This document shows, one piece after another, positions 10,991-24,679 of a stretch of DNA of 64,000 bases. The notes under the pieces were generated by a model. That model did no database searches and was not told where the DNA came from. It was given only the letters and a program-made list of their open reading frames with translations. The stretch is from NCBI GenBank assembly GCA_964016885.1, contig OZ024758.1, positions 35,092,001-35,156,000 on the forward strand, read 5' to 3'. Each line of letters opens with the position of its first letter. Within the stretch, counting starts at the first letter, position 1. This DNA comes from Eledone cirrhosa (Eukaryota). The position numbers were made by a program, and so were the translations under genes.

Positions 10991-13900
10991 TGTTGGTGAG
11001 AATTCATTTAAGTCATGGTATTAGTTGTCAGAAGTAACTCCAATGTTGGTGAGAATTCATTTAAGTCATGGTACTAGCTGTCAGAAGTAACTCCAATGTT
11101 GGTGAGAATTCATTTAAGTTCACGGTATTAGCTGTCAGAAGGAACTCCACTGTTGGTGAGAATTCATTTAAGTTCATGGTATTAGCTGTCAGAAGTAACT
11201 CCACTGTTGGTGAGAATTCATTTAAGTTCATGGTACTAGCTGTCAGAAATAACTCCAATGTTGGTGAGAATTCATTTAAGTTCATGGTATTAGCTGTCAG
11301 AAGTAACTCCACTGTTGGTGAGAATTCATTTAAGTCATGGTTTTAGCTGTCAGAAGTAACTCCAATGTTGGTGAGAATTCATTTAAGTTCATGGTATTAG
11401 CTGTCAGAAGTAACTCCACTGTTGGTGAGAATTCATTTACGTTCATGGTACTAGCTGTCAGAAGTAACTCCACTGTTGGTGAGAATTCATTTAAGTTCAT
11501 GGTATTAGTTTGTCAGAAGTAACTCCACTGTTGGTGAGAATTCATTTAAGTTCATGGTATTAGCTGTCAGAAGGAACGCCACTGTTGGTGAGAATTCATT
11601 TAAGTTCATGGTATTAGCTGTCAGAAGTAACTCCACTGTTGGTGAGAATTCATTTAAGTTCATGGTACTAGCTGTCAGAAGTAACTCCAATGTTGGTGAG
11701 AATTCATTTAAGTTCATGGTATTAGCTGTCAGAAGTAACTCCACTGTTGGTGAGAATTCATTTAAGTTCAGGGTATTAGCTGTCAGAAGTAACTCCAATG
11801 TTGGTGAGAATTCATTTAAGTTCATGGTATTAGCTGTCAGAAGTAACTCCACTGTTGGTGAGAATTCATTTAAGTTCATGGTATTAGCTGTCAGAAGTAA
11901 CTCCACTGTTGATGAGAATTCATTTAAGTTCATGGTACTAGCTGTCAGAAGTAACTCCACTGTTGGTGAGAATTCATTTAAGTTCATGGTATTAGCTGTC
12001 AGAAGTAACTCCACTGTTGGTGAGAATTCATTTAAGTTCATGGTATTAGCTGTCAGAAGTAACTCCACTGTTGGTGAGAATTCATTTAAGTTCAGGTTAT
12101 TAGCTGTCAGAAGTAACTCCAATGTTGGTGAGAATTCATTTAAGTTCATGGTATTAGCTGTCAGAAGTAACTCCACTGTTGGTGAGAATTCATTTAAGTT
12201 CATGGTATTAGCTGTCAGAAGTAACTCCACTGTTGATGAGAATTCATTTAAGTTCATGGTACTAGCTGTCAGAAGTAACTCCACTGTTGGTGAGAATTCA
12301 TTTAAGTTCATGGTATTAGTTTGTCAGAAGTAACTCCACTGTTGGTGAGAATTCATTTAAGTCATGGTATTAGTTGTCAGAAGTAACTCCAATGTTGGTG
12401 AGAATTCATTTAAGTTCATGGTATTAGTTTGTCAGAAGTAACTCCACTGTTGGTGAGAATTCATTTAAGTCATGGTATTAGTTGTCAGAAGTAACTCCAA
12501 TGTTGGTGAGAATTCATTTAAGTCATGGTACTAGCTGTCAGAAGTAACTCCAATGTTGGTGAGAATTCATTTAAGTTCACGGTATTAGCTGTCAGAAGGA
12601 ACTCCACTGTTGGTGAGAATTCATTTAAGTTCATGGTATTAGCTGTCAGAAGTAACTCCACTGTTGGTGAGAATTCATTTAAGTTCATGGTACTAGCTGT
12701 CAGAAATAACTCCAATGTTGGTGAGAATTCATTTAAGTTCATGGTATTAGCTGTCAGAAGTAACTCCACTGTTGGTGAGAATTCATTTAAGTCATGGTTT
12801 TAGCTGTCAGAAGTAACTCCAATGTTGGTGAGAATTCATTTAAGTTCATGGTATTAGCTGTCAGAAGTAACTCCACTGTTGGTGAGAATTCATTTACGTT
12901 CATGGTACTAGCTGTCAGAAGTAACTCCACTGTTGGTGAGAATTCATTTAAGTTCATGGTATTAGTTTGTCAGAAGTAACTCCACTGTTGGTGAGAATTC
13001 ATTTAAGTTCATGGTATTAGCTGTCAGAAGGAACGCCACTGTTGGTGAGAATTCATTTAAGTTCATGGTATTAGCTGTCAGAAGTAACTCCACTGTTGGT
13101 GAGAATTCATTTAAGTTCATGGTACTAGCTGTCAGAAGTAACTCCAATGTTGGTGAGAATTCATTTAAGTTCATGGTATTAGCTGTCAGAAGTAACTCCA
13201 CTGTTGGTGAGAATTCATTTAAGTTCAGGGTATTAGCTGTCATAAGTAACTCCAATGTTGGTGAGAATTCATTTAAGTTCATGGTATTAGCTGTCAGAAG
13301 TAACTCCACTGTTGGTGAGAATTCATTTAAGTTCATGGTATTAGCTGTCAGAAGTAACTCCACTGTTGATGAGAATTCATTTAAGTTCATGGTACTAGCT
13401 GTCAGAAGTAACTCCACTGTTGGTGAGAATTCATTTAAGTTCATGGTATTAGCTGTCAGAAGTAACTCCACTGTTGGTGAGAATTCATTTAAGTTCATGG
13501 TATTAGCTGTCAGAAGTAACTCCACTGTTGGTGAGAATTCATTTAAGTTCAGGTTATTAGCTGTCAGAAGTAACTCCAATGTTGGTGAGAATTCATTTAA
13601 GTTCATGGTATTAGCTGTCAGAAGTAACTCCACTGTTGGTGAGAATTCATTTAAGTTCATGGTATTAGCTGTCAGAAGTAACTCCACTGTTGATGAGAAT
13701 TCATTTAAGTTCATGGTACTAGCTGTCAGAAGTAACTCCACTGTTGGTGAGAATTCATTTAAGTTCATGGTATTAGTTTGTCAGAAGTAACTCCACTGTT
13801 GGTGAGAATTCATTTAAGTCATGGTATTAGTTGTCAGAAGTAACTCCAATGTTGGTGAGAATTCATTTAAGTTCATGGTATTAGTTTGTCAGAAGTAACT

Positions 13901-15335
13901 CCACTGTTGGTGAGAATTCATTTAAGTCATGGTATTAGTTGTCAGAAGTAACTCCAATGTTGGTGAGAATTCATTTAAGTCATGGTACTAGCTGTCAGAA
14001 GTAACTCCAATGTTGGTGAGAATTCATTTAAGTTCACGGTATTAGCTGTCAGAAGGAACTCCACTGTTGGTGAGAATTCATTTAAGTTCATGGTATTAGC
14101 TGTCAGAAGTAACTCCACTGTTGGTGAGAATTCATTTAAGTTCATGGTACTAGCTGTCAGAAATAACTCCAATGTTGGTGAGAATTCATTTAAGTTCATG
14201 GTATTAGCTGTCAGAAGTAACTCCACTGTTGGTGAGAATTCATTTAAGTCATGGTTTTAGCTGTCAGAAGTAACTCCAATGTTGGTGAGAATTCATTTAA
14301 GTTCATGGTATTAGCTGTCAGAAGTAACTCCACTGTTGGTGAGAATTCATTTACGTTCATGGTACTAGCTGTCAGAAGTAACTCCACTGTTGGTGAGAAT
14401 TCATTTAAGTTCATGGTATTAGTTTGTCAGAAGTAACTCCACTGTTGGTGAGAATTCATTTAAGTTCATGGTATTAGCTGTCAGAAGGAACGCCACTGTT
14501 GGTGAGAATTCATTTAAGTTCATGGTATTAGCTGTCAGAAGTAACTCCACTGTTGGTGAGAATTCATTTAAGTTCATGGTACTAGCTGTCAGAAGTAACT
14601 CCAATGTTGGTGAGAATTCATTTAAGTTCATGGTATTAGCTGTCAGAAGTAACTCCACTGTTGGTGAGAATTCATTTAAGTTCAGGGTATTAGCTGTCAT
14701 AAGTAACTCCAATGTTGGTGAGAATTCATTTAAGTTCATGGTATTAGCTGTCAGAAGTAACTCCACTGTTGGTGAGAATTCATTTAAGTTCATGGTATTA
14801 GCTGTCAGAAGTAACTCCACTGTTGATGAGAATTCATTTAAGTTCATGGTACTAGCTGTCAGAAGTAACTCCACTGTTGGTGAGAATTCATTTAAGTTCA
14901 TGGTATTAGCTGTCAGAAGTAACTCCACTGTTGGTGAGAATTCATTTAAGTTCATGGTATTAGCTGTCAGAAGTAACTCCACTGTTGGTGAGAATTCATT
15001 TAAGTTCAGGTTATTAGCTGTCAGAAGTAACTCCAATGTTGGTGAGAATTCATTTAAGTTCATGGTATTAGCTGTCAGAAGTAACTCCACTGTTGGTGAG
15101 AATTCATTTAAGTTCATGGTATTAGCTGTCAGAAGTAACTCCACTGTTGATGAGAATTCATTTAAGTTCATGGTACTAGCTGTCAGAAGTAACTCCACTG
15201 TTGGTGAGAATTCATTTAAGTTCATGGTATTAGTTTGTCAGAAGTAACTCCACTGTTGGTGAGAATTCATTTAAGTCATGGTATTAGTTGTCAGAAGTAA
15301 CTCCAATGTTGGTGAGAATTCATTTAAGTTCATGG
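10940..15335. repeat. 1,457-bp (27-monomer) higher-order unit, three tandem copies
   Basis: ORFs 11061/12518/13975 and 11505/12962/14419 are spaced 1457 bp apart. Markers TTTACGTTC (~11436, ~12893, ~14350) and TTCAGGTTAT (~12091, ~13548, ~15005) follow the same spacing. Confidence 0.95.
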
Positions 15336-17669
15336 TACTAGCTGTCAGAAGTAACTCCACTGTTGGTGAGAATTCATTTAAGTTCATGGTATTAGCTGTC
15401 AGAAGTAACTCCAATGTTGGTGAGAATTCATTTAAGTTCATGGTATTAGCTGTCAGAAGTAACTCCACTGTTGGTGAGAATTCATTTAAGTTCATGGTAT
15501 TAGCTGTCAGAAGTAACTCCACTGTTGATGAGAATTCATTTAAGTTCATGGTACTAGCTGTCAGAAGTAACTCCACTGTTGGTGAGAATTCATTTAAGTC
15601 ATGGTATTAGTTGTCAGAAGTAACTCCAATGTTGGTGAGAATTCACTTAAGTTCATGGTACTAGCTGTCAGAAGTAACTCCACTGTTGGTGAGAATTCAT
15701 TTAATTTCATGGTATTAGCTGTCAGAAGTAACTCCACTGTTGATGAGAATTCATTTAAGTCATGGTATTAGCTGTCAGAAGTAACTCCATTATTGGTGAG
15801 AATTCATTTAAGTCATGGTACTAGCTGTCAGAAGTAACTCCACTGTTGGTGAGAATTCATTTAAGTTCATGGTACTAGCTGTCAGAAGTAACTCCACTGT
15901 TGGTGAGAATTCATTTAAGTTCATGGTATTAGCTGTCAGAAGTAACTCCACTGTTGGTGAGAATTCATTTAAGTTCATGGTATTAGCTGTCAGAAGGAAC
16001 TCCAATGTTGGTGAGAAATCATTGAAGTCATGGTACTAGCTGTCAGAAGTAACTCCACTGTTGGTGAGAATTCATTTAAGCTCATGGTATTAGCTGTCAG
16101 AAGGAACGCCACTGTTGGTGAGAATTCATTTAAGTTCATGGTATTAGCTGTCAGAAGTAACTCCACTGTTGGTGAGAATTTATTTAAGTTCATGGTACTA
16201 GCTGTCAGAAGTAACTCCACTGTTGGTGAGAATTCATTTAAGTTCATGGTACTAGCTGTCAGAAGTAACTCCAATGTTGGTGAGAATTCATTTAAGTTCA
16301 TGGTATTAGCTGTCAGAAGTAACTCCACTGTTGGTGAGAATTCATTTAAGTTCATGGTACTAGCTGTCAGAAGTAACTCCACTGTTGGTGAGAATTCATT
16401 TAAGTTCATGGTATTAGCTGTCAGAAGTCACTCCAATGTTGGTGAGAATTCAATTAAGTTCATGGTATTAGCTGTCAGAAGTCACTCCACTGTTGGTGAG
16501 AATTCATTTAAGTTCATGGTACTAGCTGTCAGAAGTAACCCCAATGTTGGTGAGAATTCATTTAAGTTCATGGTATTAGCTGTCAGAAGTCACTCCAATG
16601 TTGGTGAGAATTCATTTAAGTTCATGGTATTAGCTGTCAGAAGTAACTCCACTGTTGGTGAGAATTCATTTAAGTTCATGGTATTAGCTGTCAGAAGTAA
16701 CTCCACTGTTGGTGAGAATCCATTTAAGTTCATGGTATTAGCTGTCAGAAGTAACTCCACTGTTGGTGAGAATTCATTTAAGTTCATGGTATTAGCTGTC
16801 AGAAGGAACTCCAATGTTGGTGAGAATTCATTTAAGTCATGGTACTAGCTGTCAGAAGTAACTCCACTGTTGGTGAGAATTCATTTAAGTTCATGGTATT
16901 AGCTGTCAGAAGGAACGCCACTGTTGGTGAGAATTCATTTAAGTTCATGGTATTAGCTGTCCGAAGTAACTCCACTGTTGGTGAGAATTCATTTAAGTTC
17001 ATGGTACTAGCTGTCAGAAGTAACTCCAATGTTGGTGAGAATTCATTTAAGTTCATGGTATTAACTGTCAGAAGGAACTCCACTGTTGGTGAGAATTCAT
17101 TTAAGTTCATGGTATTAGCTGTCAGAAGTAACTCCACTGTTGGTGAGAATTCATTTAAGTTCATGGTACTAGTTGTCAGAAGTAACTCCACTGTTGGTGA
17201 GAATACATTTAAGTTCATGGTATTAGTTGTCAGAAGTAACTCCAATGTTGGTGAGAATTCATTTAAGTCATGGTATTAGTTGTCAGAAGTAACTCCAATG
17301 TTGGTGAGAATTCATTTAAGTTCATGGTACTAGCTGTCAGAAGTAACTCCACTGTTGGTGAGAATTCATTTAAGTTCATGGTATTAGCTGTCAGAAGTAA
17401 CTCCACTGTTTGTGAGAATTCATTTAAGTCATGGTATTAGCTGTCAGAAGTAACTCCATTGTTGGTGAGAATTCATTTAAGTCATGGTACTAGCTGTCAG
17501 AAGTAACTCCACTGTTGGTGAGAATTCATTTAAGTTCATGGTATTAGTTTGTCAGAAGTAACTCCACTGTTGGTGAGAATTCATTTAAGTCATGGTATTA
17601 GTTGTCAGAAGTAACTCCAATGTTGGTGAGAATTCATTTAAGTCATGGTACTAGCTGTCAGAAGTAACT

Positions 17670-20600
17670 CCAATGTTGGTGAGAATTCATTTAAGTTCAC
17701 GGTATTAGCTGTCAGAAGTAACTCCACTGTTGGTGAGAATTCATTTAAGTTCATGGTATTAGCTGTCAGAAGTAACTCCACTGTTGGTGAGAATTCATTT
17801 AAGTTCATGGTACTAGCTGTCAGAAATAACTCCAATGTTGGTGAGAATTCATTTAAGTTCATGGTATTAGCTGTCAGAAGTAACTCCACTGTTGGTGAGA
17901 ATTCATTTAAGTCATGGTTTTAGCTGTCAGAAGTCACTCCAATGTTGGTGAGAATTCATTTAAGTTCATGGTATTAGCTGTCAGAAGTAACTCCACTGTT
18001 GGTGAGAATTCATTTAAGTTCATGGTACTAGCTGTCAGAAGTAACTCCACCGTTGGTGAGAATTCATTTAAGTTCATGGTATTAGTTTGTCAGAAGTAAC
18101 TCCACTGTTGGTGAGAATTCATTTAAGTTCATGGTATTAGCTGTCAGAAGGAACGCCACTGTTGGTGAGAATTCATTTAAGTTCATGGTATTAGCTGTCA
18201 GAAGTAACTCCACTGTTGGTGAGAATTCATTTAAGTTCATGGTACTAGCTGTCAGAAGTAACTCCAATGTTGGTGAGAATTCATTTAAGTTCATGGTATT
18301 AGCTGTCAGAAGGAATTCCACTGTTGGTGAGAATTCATTTAAGTTCATGGTATTAGCTGTCAGAAGTAACTCCACTATGGGTGAGAATTCATTTAAGTTC
18401 AGGGTATTAGCTGTCAGAAGTAACTCCAATGTTGGTGAGAATTCATTTAAGTTCATGGTATTAGCTGTCAGAAGTAACTCCACTGTTGGTGAGAATTCAT
18501 TTAAGTTCATGGTATTAGCTGTCAGAAGTAACTCCACTGTTGATGAGAATTCATTTAAGTTCATGGTACTAGCTGTCAGAAGTAACTCCACTGTTGGTGA
18601 GAATTCATTTAAGTTCATGGTATTAGCTGTCAGAAGTAACTCCACTGTTGGTGAGAATTCATTTAAGTTCATGGTATTAGCTGTCAGAAGTAACTCCACT
18701 GTTGGTGAGAATTCATTTAAGTTCAGGGTATTAGCTGTCAGAAGTAACTCCAATGTTGGTGAGAATTCATTTAAGTTCATGGTATTAGCTGTCAGAAGTA
18801 ACTCCACTGTTGGTGAGAATTCATTTAAGTTCATGGTATTAGCTGTCAGAAGTAACTCCACTGTTGATGAGAATTCATTTAAGTTCATGGTACTAGCTGT
18901 CAGAAGTAACTCCACTGTTGGTGAGAATTCATTTAAGTTCATGGTATTAGTTTGTCAGAAGTAACTCCACTGTTGGTGAGAATTCATTTAAGTCATGGTA
19001 TTAGTTGTCAGAAGTAACTCCAATGTTGGTGAGAATTCATTTAAGTTCATGGTACTAGCTGTCAGAAGTAACTCCACTGTTGGTGAGAATTCATTTAAGT
19101 TCATGGTATTAGCTGTCAGAAGTAACTCCAATGTTGGTGAGAATTCATTTAAGTTCATGGTATTAGCTGTCAGAAGTAACTCCACTGTTGGTGAGAATTC
19201 ATTTAAGTTCATGGTATTAGCTGTCAGAAGTAACTCCACTGTTGATGAGAATTCATTTAATTTCAGGGTACTAGCTGTCAGAAGTAACTCCACTGTTGGT
19301 GAGAATTCATTTAAGTTCATGGTATTAGTTTGTCAGAAGTAACTCCACTGTTGGTGAGAATTCATTTAAGTCATGGTATTAGTTGTCAGAAGTAACTCCA
19401 ATGTTGGTGAGAATTCACTTAAGTTCATGGTACTAGCTGTCAGAAGTAACTCCACTGTTGGTGAGAATTCATTTAAGTTCATGGTATTAGCTGTCAGAAG
19501 TAACTCCACTGTTGGTGAGAATTCATTTAAGTCATGGTATTAGCTGTCAGAAGTAACTCCATTATTGGTGAGAATTCATTTAAGTCATGGTACTAGCTGT
19601 CAGAAGTAACTCCACTGTTGGTGAGAATTCATTTAAGTTCATGGTACTAGCTGTCAGAAGTAACTCCACTGTTGGTGAGAATTCATTTAAGTTCATGGTA
19701 TTAGCTGTCAGAAGTAACTCCACTGTTGGTGAGAATTCATTTAAGTTCATGGTATTAGCTGTCAGAAGGAACTCCAATGTTGGTGAGAAATCATTTAAGT
19801 CATGGTACTAGCTGTCAGAAGTAACTCCACAGTTGGTGAGAATTCATTTAAGCTCATGGTATTAGCTGTCAGAAGGAACGCCACTGTTGGTGAGAATTCA
19901 TTTAAGTTCATGGTATTAGCTGTCAGAAGTAACTCCACTGTTGGTGAGAATTTATTTAAGTTCATGGTACTAGCTGTCAGAAGTAACTCCACTGTTGGTG
20001 AGAATTCATTTAAGTTCATGGTACTAGCTGTCAGAAGTAACTCCAATGTTGGTGAGAATTCATTTAAGTTCATGGTATTAGCTGTCAGAAGTAACTCCAC
20101 TGTTGGTGAGAATTCATTTAAGTTCATGGTACTAGCTGTCAGAAGTAACTCCACTGTTGGTGAGAATTCATATAAGTTCATGGTATTAGCTGTCAGAAGT
20201 CACTCCAATGTTGGTGAGAATTCAATTAAGTTCATGGTATTAGCTGTCAGAAGTCACTCCACTGTTGGTGAGAATTCATTTAAGTTCATGGTACTAGCTG
20301 TCAGAAGTAACCCCAATGTTGGTGAGAATTCATTTAAGTTCATGGTATTAGCTGTCAGAAGTCACTCCAATGTTGGTGAGAATTCATTTAAGTTCATGGT
20401 ATTAGCTGTCAGAAGTAACTCCACTGTTGGTGAGAATTCATTTAAGTTCATGGTATTAGCTGTCAGAAGTAACTCCACTGTTGGTGAGAATTCATTTAAG
20501 TTCATGGTATTAGCTGTCAGAAGTAACTCCACTGTTGGTGAGAATTCATTTAAGTTCATGGTATTAGCTGTCAGAAGGAACTCCAATGTTGGTGAGAATT

Positions 20601-23600
20601 CATTTAAGTCATGGTACTAGCTGTCAGAAGTAACTCCACTGTTGGTGAGAATTCATTTAAGTTCACGGTATTAGCTGTCAGAAGGAACTCCACTGTTGGT
20701 GAGAATTCATTTAAGTTCATGGTATTAGCTGTCAGAAGTAACTCCACTGTTGGTGAGAATTCATTTAAGTTCATGGTACTAGCTGTCAGAAATAACTCCA
20801 ATGTTGGTGAGAATTCATTTAAGTTCATGGTATTAGCTGTCAGAAGTAACTCCACTGTTGGTGAGAATTCATTTAAGTCATGGTTTTAGCTGTCAGAAGT
20901 AACTCCAATGTTGGTGAGAATTCATTTAAGTTCATGGTATTAGCTGTCAGAAGTAACTCCACTGTTGGTGAGAATTCATTTAAGTTCATGGTACTAGCTG
21001 TCAGAAGTAACTCCACCGTTGGTGAGAATTCATTTAAGTTCATGGTATTAGTTTGTCAGAAGTAACTCCACTGTTGGTGAGAATTCATTTAAGTTCATGG
21101 TATTAGCTGTCAGAAGGAACGCCACTGTTGGTGAGAATTCATTTAAGTTCATGGTATTAGCTGTCAGAAGTAACTCCACTGTTGGTGATAATTCATTTAA
21201 GTTCATGGTACTAGCTGTCAGAAGTAACTCCAATGTTGGTGAGAATTCATTTAAGTTCATGGTATTAGCTGTCAGAAGGAATTCCACTGTTGGTGAGAAT
21301 TCATTTAAGTTCATGGTATTAGCTGTCAGAAGTAACTCCACTGTTGGTGAGAATTCATTTAAGTTCAGGGTATTAGCTGTCAGAAGTAACTCCAATGTTG
21401 GTGAGAATTCATTTAAGTTCATGGTATTAGCTGTCAGAAGTAACTCCACTGTTGGTGAGAATTCATTTAAGTTCATGGTATTAGCTGTCAGAAGTAACTC
21501 CACTGTTGATGAGAATTCATTTAAGTTCATGGTACTAGCTGTCAGAAGTAACTCCACTGTTGGTGAGAATTCATTTAAGTTCATGGTATTAGCTGTCAGA
21601 AGTAACTCCACTGTTGGTGAGAATTCATTTAAGTTCATGGTATTAGCTGTCAGAAGTAACTCCACTGTTGGTGAGAATTCATTTAAGTTCAGGGTATTAG
21701 CTGTCAGAAGTAACTCCAATGTTGGTGAGAATTCATTTAAGTTCATGGTATTAGCTGTCAGAAGTAACTCCACTGTTGGTGAGAATTCATTTAAGTTCAT
21801 GGTATTAGCTGTCAGAAGTAACTCCACTGTTGATGAGAATTCATTTAAGTTCATGGTACTAGCTGTCAGAAGTAACTCCACTGTTGGTGAGAATTCATTT
21901 AAGTTCATGGTATTAGTTTGTCAGAAGTAACTCCACTGTTGGTGAGAATTCATTTAAGTCATGGTATTAGTTGTCAGAAGTAACTCCAATGTTGGTGAGA
22001 ATTCATTTAAGTTCATGGTACTAGCTGTCAGAAGTAACTCCACTGTTGGTGAGAATTCATTTAAGTTCATGGTATTAGCTGTCAGAAGTAACTCCAATGT
22101 TGGTGAGAATTCATTTAAGTTCATGGTATTAGCTGTCAGAAGTAACTCCACTGTTGGTGAGAATTCATTTAAGTTCATGGTATTAGCTGTCAGAAGTAAC
22201 TCCACTGTTGATGAGAATTCATTTAAGTTCATGGTACTAGCTGTCAGAAGTAACTCCACTGTTGGTGAGAATTCATTTAAGTTCATGGTATTAGTTTGTC
22301 AGAAGTAACTCCACTGTTGGTGAGAATTCATTTAAGTCATGGTATTAGTTGTCAGAAGTAACTCCAATGTTGGTGAGAATTCACTTAAGTTCATGGTACT
22401 AGCTGTCAGAAGTAACTCCACTGTTGGTGAGAATTCATTTAAGTTCATGGTATTAGCTGTCAGAAGTAACTCCACTGTTGGTGAGAATTCATTTAAGTCA
22501 TGGTATTAGCTGTCAGAAGTAACTCCATTATTGGTGAGAATTCATTTAAGTCATGGTACTAGCTGTCAGAAGTAACTCCACTGTTGGTGAGAATTCATTT
22601 AAGTTCATGGTACTAGCTGTCAGAAGTAACTCCACTGTTGGTGAGAATTCATTTAAGTTCATGGTATTAGCTGTCAGAAGTAACTCCACTGTTGGTGAGA
22701 ATTCATTTAAGTTCATGGTATTAGCTGTCAGAAGGAACTCCAATGTTGGTGAGAAATCATTTAAGTCATGGTACTAGCTGTCAGAAGTAACTCCACAGTT
22801 GGTGAGAATTCATTTAAGCTCATGGTATTAGCTGTCAGAAGGAACGCCACTGTTGGTGAGAATTCATTTAAGTTCATGGTATTAGCTGTCAGAAGTAACT
22901 CCACTGTTGGTGAGAATTTATTTAAGTTCATGGTACTAGCTGTCAGAAGTAACTCCACTGTTGGTGAGAATTCATTTAAGTTCATGGTACTAGCTGTCAG
23001 AAGTAACTCCAATGTTGGTGAGAATTCATTTAAGTTCATGGTATTAGCTGTCAGAAGTAACTCCACTGTTGGTGAGAATTCATTTAAGTTCATGGTACTA
23101 GCTGTCAGAAGTAACTCCACTGTTGGTGAGAATTCATTTAAGTTCATGGTATTAGCTGTCAGAAGTCACTCCAATGTTGGTGAGAATTCAATTAAGTTCA
23201 TGGTATTAGCTGTCAGAAGTCACTCCACTGTTGGTGAGAATTCATTTAAGTTCATGGTACTAGCTGTCAGAAGTAACCCCAATGTTGGTGAGAATTCATT
23301 TAAGTTCATGGTATTAGCTGTCAGAAGTCACTCCAATGTTGGTGAGAATTCATTTAAGTTCATGGTATTAGCTGTCAGAAGTAACTCCACTGTTGGTGAG
23401 AATTCATTTAAGTTCATGGTATTAGCTGTCAGAAGTAACTCCACTGTTGGTGAGAATTCATTTAAGTTCATGGTATTAGCTGTCAGAAGTAACTCCACTG
23501 TTGGTGAGAATTCATTTAAGTTCATGGTATTAGCTGTCAGAAGGAACTCCAATGTTGGTGAGAATTCATTTAAGTCATGGTACTAGCTGTCAGAAGTAAC
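17670..23600. repeat. 2,966-bp (55-monomer) tandem duplication within a 3,772-bp (70-monomer) higher-order pattern
   Basis: ORFs 18082/21048, 18988/21954 and 19795/22761 recur at +2966. The upstream block 15808/16030/16590 recurs at +3772 (19580/19802/20362). Shared markers are CCATTATTGG, AAGCTCATG, GAATTTATTT, TTCAATTAAG and AACCCCAATG. Confidence 0.9.
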
Positions 23601-24679
23601 TCCACTGTTGGTGAGAATTCATTTAAGTTCATGGTATTAGCTGTCCGAAGTAACTCCACTGTTGGTGAGAATTCATTTAAGTTCATGGTACTAGCTGTCA
23701 GAAGTAACTCCAATGTTGGTGAGAATTCATTTAAGTTCATGGTATTAGCTGTCAGAAGGAACTCCACTGTTGGTGAGAATTCATTTAAGTTCATGGTATT
23801 AGCTGTCAGAAGTAACTCCACTGTTGGTGAGAATACATTTAAGTTCATGATATTAGTTGTCAGAAGTAACTCCACTGTTGGTGAGAATTCATTTAAGTCA
23901 TGGTATTAGTTGTCAGAAGTAACTCCAATGTTGGTGAGAATTCATTTAAGTTCATGGTACTAGCTGTCAGAAGTAACTCCACTGTTGGTGAGAATTCATT
24001 TAAGTTCATGGTATTAGCTGTCAGAAGTAACTCCACTGTTTGTGAGAATTCATTTAAGTCATGGTATTAGCTGTCAGAAGTAACTCCATTGTTGGTGAGA
24101 ATTCATTTAAGTCATGGTACTAGCTGTCAGAAATAACTCCACTGTTGGTGAGAATTCATTTAAGTTCATGGTATTAGTTTGTCAGAAGTAACTCCACTGT
24201 TGGTGAGAATTCATTTAAGTCATGGTATTAGTTGTCAGAAGTAACTCCAATGTTGGTGAGAATTCATTTAAGTCATGGTACTAGCTGTCAGAAGTAACTC
24301 CAATGTTGGTGAGAATTCATTTAAGTTCACGGTATTAGCTGTCAGAAGGAACTCCACTGTTGGTGAGAATTCATTTAATTTCATGGTATTAGCTGTCAGA
24401 AGTAACTCCACTGTTGGTGAGAATTCATTTAAGTTCATGGTACTAGCTGTCAGAAATAACTCCAATGTTGGTGAGAATTCATTTAAGTTCATGGTATTAG
24501 CTGTCAGAAGTAACTCCACTGTTGGTGATAATTCATTTAAGTCATGGTATTAGCTGTCAGAAGTAACTCCAATGTTGGTGAGAATTCATTTAAGTTCATG
24601 GTATTAGCTGTCAGAAGTAACTCCACTGTTGGTGAGAATTCATTTAAGTTCATGGTACTAGCTGTCAGAAGTAACTCCA

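Noticed and set aside
11765-11780. TTCAGGG and TTAGG (~27981) telomere-like words
   Set aside because: These are isolated single-SNP variants of the monomer, never tandemly repeated.
18082-18942. Minus-strand peptide NLNEFSP loosely resembles the cadherin calcium-binding linker DxNDxxP
   Set aside because: The match is only a few residues, it lacks the first Asp, and it sits in an 18-aa period rather than a ~110-aa cadherin domain. Likely chance.
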